This document shows positions 59,573 through 64,000 of a stretch of 64,000 nt of DNA, piece after piece. Location: the NCBI GenBank assembly GCA_051294905.1, contig CM119382.1, positions 7,564,001 to 7,628,000 on the forward strand, in the 5' to 3' direction. A program made the position numbers and the translations under genes. Origin of the DNA: Botryllus schlosseri (Eukaryota). Position 1 is the stretch's first letter; the number at the start of each line of letters is the position of its first letter. Below the pieces are notes generated by a model, which was not told where the DNA came from, made no database searches, and saw nothing but the letters and a program-made list of their open reading frames with translations.

Positions 59573-60398
59573 TTAGAACTTGACTACATCCGAAAAATCT
59601 TACTGGATAACGGTTACCCTGAACACGTCATCAGCCGTGGCATGGAGAGGAAATTAACGCAATTCAACGCAGAAAAACGAACAGAGCCCACCGCACGAAC
59701 AATAAAGGATGTTTATATCCATCTACCTTGGATTGGCCCCATTTCCACCCGCTTTGAAAAACAATTGATTTCTGCTGTCAGTAAGTGTTACGACACAGTC
59801 AAAACCAATGTGATTTATACAACAACACAACTGCTCCCTTCAACACGCAAAGACATGCTTCCTGCACTTCAACAAAGTAATGTAGTGTACGAATATAGGT
59901 GCCACTGTGATTGTGGCTACGTGGGAAGAACGTCAAGACGTCTGCAGGACCGCATAAACCAACATGTCCCAAGATTTATCAGAACACGCTCAGTGAAAAG
60001 CTAACCCTTAACTCATCCACTTAAGATTGATGCTGATCGATCAAAGGCCATTAATTCTGCCATCGGCAAACATCTGTTGGATAATCCGATTTGTGCGAAT
60101 AATTATCGAGACGACCGATTTCGAATCGTCGGGCGAGGCCGCTCACAATTCCATTTGTGTGCCTTGGAATCAACTTTTATCAAAATACACCAACCAAAAC
60201 TCTGTCAACAAAAGGAGTTCGTGTACCACCTAAAAATAGTACATTGAACGCTCTCTCTTTCATGCCGGTGACGTCATATTTTGTGATACGATTGTTGATA
60301 TACAATATTCTTTCCAATTCTCTACTAGTTGCTGACGATTACACCTGACGAGTGTCAGCCGAAAATATTCGGGTTCATTTCAATATGAATAAACTATT
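59573..60398 (+). mobile_element. 5'-truncated Penelope-like retroelement (post-RT region + GIY-YIG endonuclease + 3' UTR with hammerhead)
   Basis: ELDYIRKILLDNGYP; NVVYEYRCHCDCGYVGRTSRRLQDRINQH (GIY-YIG with PLE CCHH spacing); reads in frame through one TAA (60002-4) to SAIGKHL..LESTFI..LCQQKE..* at 60247. Confidence 0.9.
60331..60376 (+). ncRNA. Minimal type I hammerhead ribozyme in the PLE 3' end
   Basis: CTGACGA 60345-51; 1-bp stem II G60352/C60360; GAAA 60361-64; palindromic stem III AATATT 60364-69; predicted cleavage after C60370; stem I ACAC/GGGT with one mismatch (ACCC in the 20.8-kb copy). Confidence 0.75.
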
Positions 60399-60900
60399 TA
60401 ATTGATTTTAAGTAGCACAGCATCTAAAATATGTATCACAAAGCTGCGTGCACGAATGCAAACGGGATTTCTGCACGAAGTAGCGATCAACCCGAAACAC
60501 CCTCAGAAAGCGCAGGTCGAAATACCAGTATCAAATTATGCTTGATATGGTGAGTATTGCAACTAGGGCTGCATTTGTAACAAAAATCAATTTAAAACAA
60601 ACATGTTGAAAACATTGCCCTTGTTTAAAACATGTTTTTATTGTGCTTTTTCTAGCCAAGACGTCATGAATATTTAATTGGCATTAGACATTGGCATTGA
60701 CAATAGAAAATATAGGGTAAAAATGGCTCCTTTGACGAAAAGGGCTTCCCACCACTGTCATAAACAGACCATAACTATATTTAACCAGGACTAAATCGTT
60801 ACGCAGCATTTTTGCGGTCGGCGGTCATCATCATCAGAACATCAATTCCGTACAGATTATTATCAATATCTACTTGCTATAACTGTCGAACCATATAGAC

Positions 60901-62023
60901 CAGTGGTTCCCAACGTGGGCGATATCGCCCCCCAGGGGGCGATTTGACGGTCTAGGGGGGCGAAAATAACGAAGGGGGCGAAAACGGACGAAGGGGGCGA
61001 TGGGGGTGATGGTGCTTTAAAGCGGCTATATTGGAGTCGGGACCGTAACTATTGCATCCCAAACCCCCAATTGGGGATGGGAAGCCCGAAATCGAAGGAA
61101 GCCCAAAATTATTTGGTGAATTAACATGAATGATAGAGCAATTTTTTAGAAATTCATGCGACTTTCTCAAAAAATTTTAGCGCTGCGCGCGATTTAATAT
61201 TGTCATTTATTTTGATGTTGGGGGCCCCGTCACCCAACAAAAATACGTATGATTTAAAATGGGAGACTTCGGCGTCGGTCATTACTGCGCCGCGACGCAC
61301 CAAGACGTATGAAGTTAGAGGCCATGAAACATGCGACTCCGAGAAGTGTGCCAGAACGATCAGAAGCGAGAAGACCTTGGCCGAAAAGGAATGCCCTTGT
61401 GCTGAACGAAAACTTCGATATATATACAATACAAATATGTTTAATTGTCCATAGGTGCCTCAATGGCTGGCGTCGAATGTTCCTGTCCTGGCGACCTTAA
61501 CGCTACAGGACAAATGCCATCCCGCAAGGAAAAAATTACTTGCCAGTAAAGAAATACCAATATGAAATCCTGTGCGTCGTTTAGTTTGGTACGTTTTGAC
61601 GATTTGTATATCTTCTGACATAGCAGATATAGGAGGTCATGAAATAGCATCATGTAAAGAAGTCAATATAACAACGATTCCGCCCGAAGATGTTTAATTA
61701 TTATTTAGGGGCCCTACCTTTTCCAACATACCACATCCACCATATTACCGATTCATACATGAATTATATAAATTTGTCGCGCTTCACGCGTTTTGGCGAA
61801 ATACGGTGACTCACCAAACAGTACAGGGAATAGGGTATAGCTGATATGTAGCGACAAAAAGCCCACTGGCTGAGGGGGGTCAGGGGTCTGGGGCCAAATA
61901 CCAACGTTTCTTTTTTGGGGGGGCTGACGAAGTGCTGTTTTTCGGTTCCCAATATTTGGTGGGCGATGATTGGTGCGGAGCTTCAAAAGGGGGCGATGAG
62001 TCGAAAAAGGTTGGGAACCACTG
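60901..62023. mobile_element. Non-autonomous hAT (Charlie-like) element with GGGGGCGA subterminal repeats
   Basis: TIR CAGTGGTTCCCAAC..GTTGGGAACCACTG; perfect 8-bp TSD ATATAGAC. Confidence 0.93.
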
Positions 62024-63708
62024 ATATAGACGGTTTCCAGGGTTCCAGCCACTCCATATCGTATACGTCGACTATAGTGGCTCCAACTCGTCTGTAGGCT
62101 TATGCTACAGGTTTCGCAAAAGTATTTACACAATTATGGCATGATTATACAACGTTTGAAAAAATATTCAAACGCCGTTTGTTATGCAATCCTAATTTGC
62201 AACTGGTAATATTTTCTTTGTGATCACTGAAAGATACGTATTTGATCTTTCCAAATTCCCCATAGTGTGAGGACGTTATATAATGAATGATACTGCCATA
62301 CTGGAATATTCGACCAGACGAGAAGACCCATTGATAGATATTGATACGAATAAACGATATCGGTAGATGGCGGTAATAATTCGTTGATGACCACAGTCTG
62401 ACAACCTGGAAGCTCCAGGGGTCGTTCAAAATACTGGTAAATTAAATCAATTACAATACTTAAATATTTAAAGACCAGTTGAGAATGGAAGACAAAAGAA
62501 CCATATTGGTATCTCAAAGTAGTGGTGAGGTGAGCCATTCGAAAGTAGCAAATCTACAAGCCTAGACACATTGCAAGCCCAAATCGCGAATTCTTGTCGC
62601 CCAGATATTTTTAGCGCTTCAATTCCCGAAAGCCGGCAATCAATAAGCAATTGGCGCGAACAAAGATGGATATCACATCCCAAATTGGGTGATACAGCGA
62701 TAGGCTTAAACCCAAGAATATCCAAACGACCGGTTTCGAATATCTCAAATACCACGAGAGACAACTAATCAATGATTCATAACAAACTAATTTCGCGACT
62801 GCGAAGGCCGCACTACATTGGATGTGTGTCATATGCACGATTTTATCGCACACGAGAATCATGATGTATTATTAAATGTTGTTTACAGACGAAATGAATG
62901 TTAAATGACATATATACAGCGTTTAATTTCAAGCGGTATTGCGTAGAAGTCAAATCGCCTTGGTGGTCCCGCGGTATGAAGTGGCATTTCACACAGCAAT
63001 GAAAAGAGGCTTTTAATTACAATCTGGCAGAGAGCTTGCAACCGTAAAATGCGAGGAAATTAACGAAATCAGATAGCGTTTCAGAATACGGCGATGAGGC
63101 CTAGGGGCTAAACAGACTATCGACTAGCAATCCTGATTAATTGCCGGAACCATTGTGGTTATACGGAAACGCTACCGGAATATTTCGGCGACCGAAAACC
63201 AGGTTTTGACACAATCGGTTAAGCGATTATGCGCTCGATGTGACCTTTCGAGCGTATGCGGAATTGAAACGATATGCGTCACTTCGAATATACAAAATGT
63301 CTTGTAATAAGCGCCCGAAATTCCGCACAGCACAGGAACTGGATATGTGAAGAAAACTGCATGACGTGCACATTTGTGTTTATGCGACATATACAAAAGT
63401 GTTCGAAGAAGTCAACATTGCTACTCAAGTAGAAGTAAAAGTAGCTCAGTCAAGTTATACTCATTAAAGAAGCGATTTACAAAGCATGTCAAGCTAATTT
63501 GAGATTACCCCGATAATGAAGGAATTAAAAGTACTCAAGTTAGTAATTTCATAAAGTAGATTTGGCCAAGGGGTCGCATACCTTCAGCAGTTAATAAGCG
63601 GTGGCTACTTTGAAAATGAGAAATATCGTGTGGTAGGGTCGAATTTTATATCTAATTAGAGTTTAGCAACTGAGGAGAATATATCATAGCACCAATGACA
63701 CTTTAGAT

Positions 63709-63988
63709 CCGTGGTTCTCAACCTTTTTTTAGACACGCCCCCCTTTATGATAGTGAAGAATTTCGCGCCCCCCTTATCGTCATATCACAAAATCCAACCG
63801 AGATGCTAGCAACCCCAACAGATTGTTTGATGGCATAGAAGGTTATGACTGTTGATGAGAGAATTCTAATATATGAAATTCGGTCTATATATAGAGAGAA
63901 ACACGCGTGAATTGAAGGTAAATCGCGCATAGCGCGCAAAAAATTTCAGTTGACCACTTCTTCGCGCCCCTCAGGTTGAGAACCACTG
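63709..63988. mobile_element. 280-bp hAT MITE
   Basis: TIR C(C)GTGGTTCTCAACC..GGTTGAGAACCACTG; perfect 8-bp TSD CTTTAGAT. Confidence 0.92.
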
Positions 63989-64000
63989 CTTTAGATGGAA

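Noticed and set aside
62145-62862. Further exons of the convergent gene
   Set aside because: Several open frames and possible splice sites exist, but no recognisable peptide and no unambiguous phase-2 donor.

Overview
Eukaryotic, AT-rich animal genomic DNA. An invertebrate deuterostome such as a tunicate is plausible, but that is inference. There is one assembly gap (12925-13062). The dominant feature is a complete 21-exon ZSWIM4/5/6-family gene on the + strand (CDS 22696-55871). All its introns are GT-AG and the phases are consistent, giving 3513 nt or 1170 aa, with a 14.5-kb first intron. The rest is a mosaic of mobile DNA: two tRNA-derived SINE families with 11-12 bp TSDs, several non-autonomous hAT elements with 8-bp TSDs, a fold-back repeat family and a Penelope-like retroelement (PLE) family. 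The PLE is present as one GIY-YIG-containing fragment (59.6-60.4 kb) and six shorter 3'-end copies. The most interesting signal is the minimal type I hammerhead ribozyme in the PLE 3' end. It has a palindromic AATATT stem III, an upstream duplicate of its own catalytic CUGACGA core, and a loop II complementary to both copies. This suggests a built-in on/off conformational switch or pseudoknot, with compensatory changes in sister copies. Candidate exons of flanking genes and decayed coding-like DNA in intron 1 are reported at low confidence.
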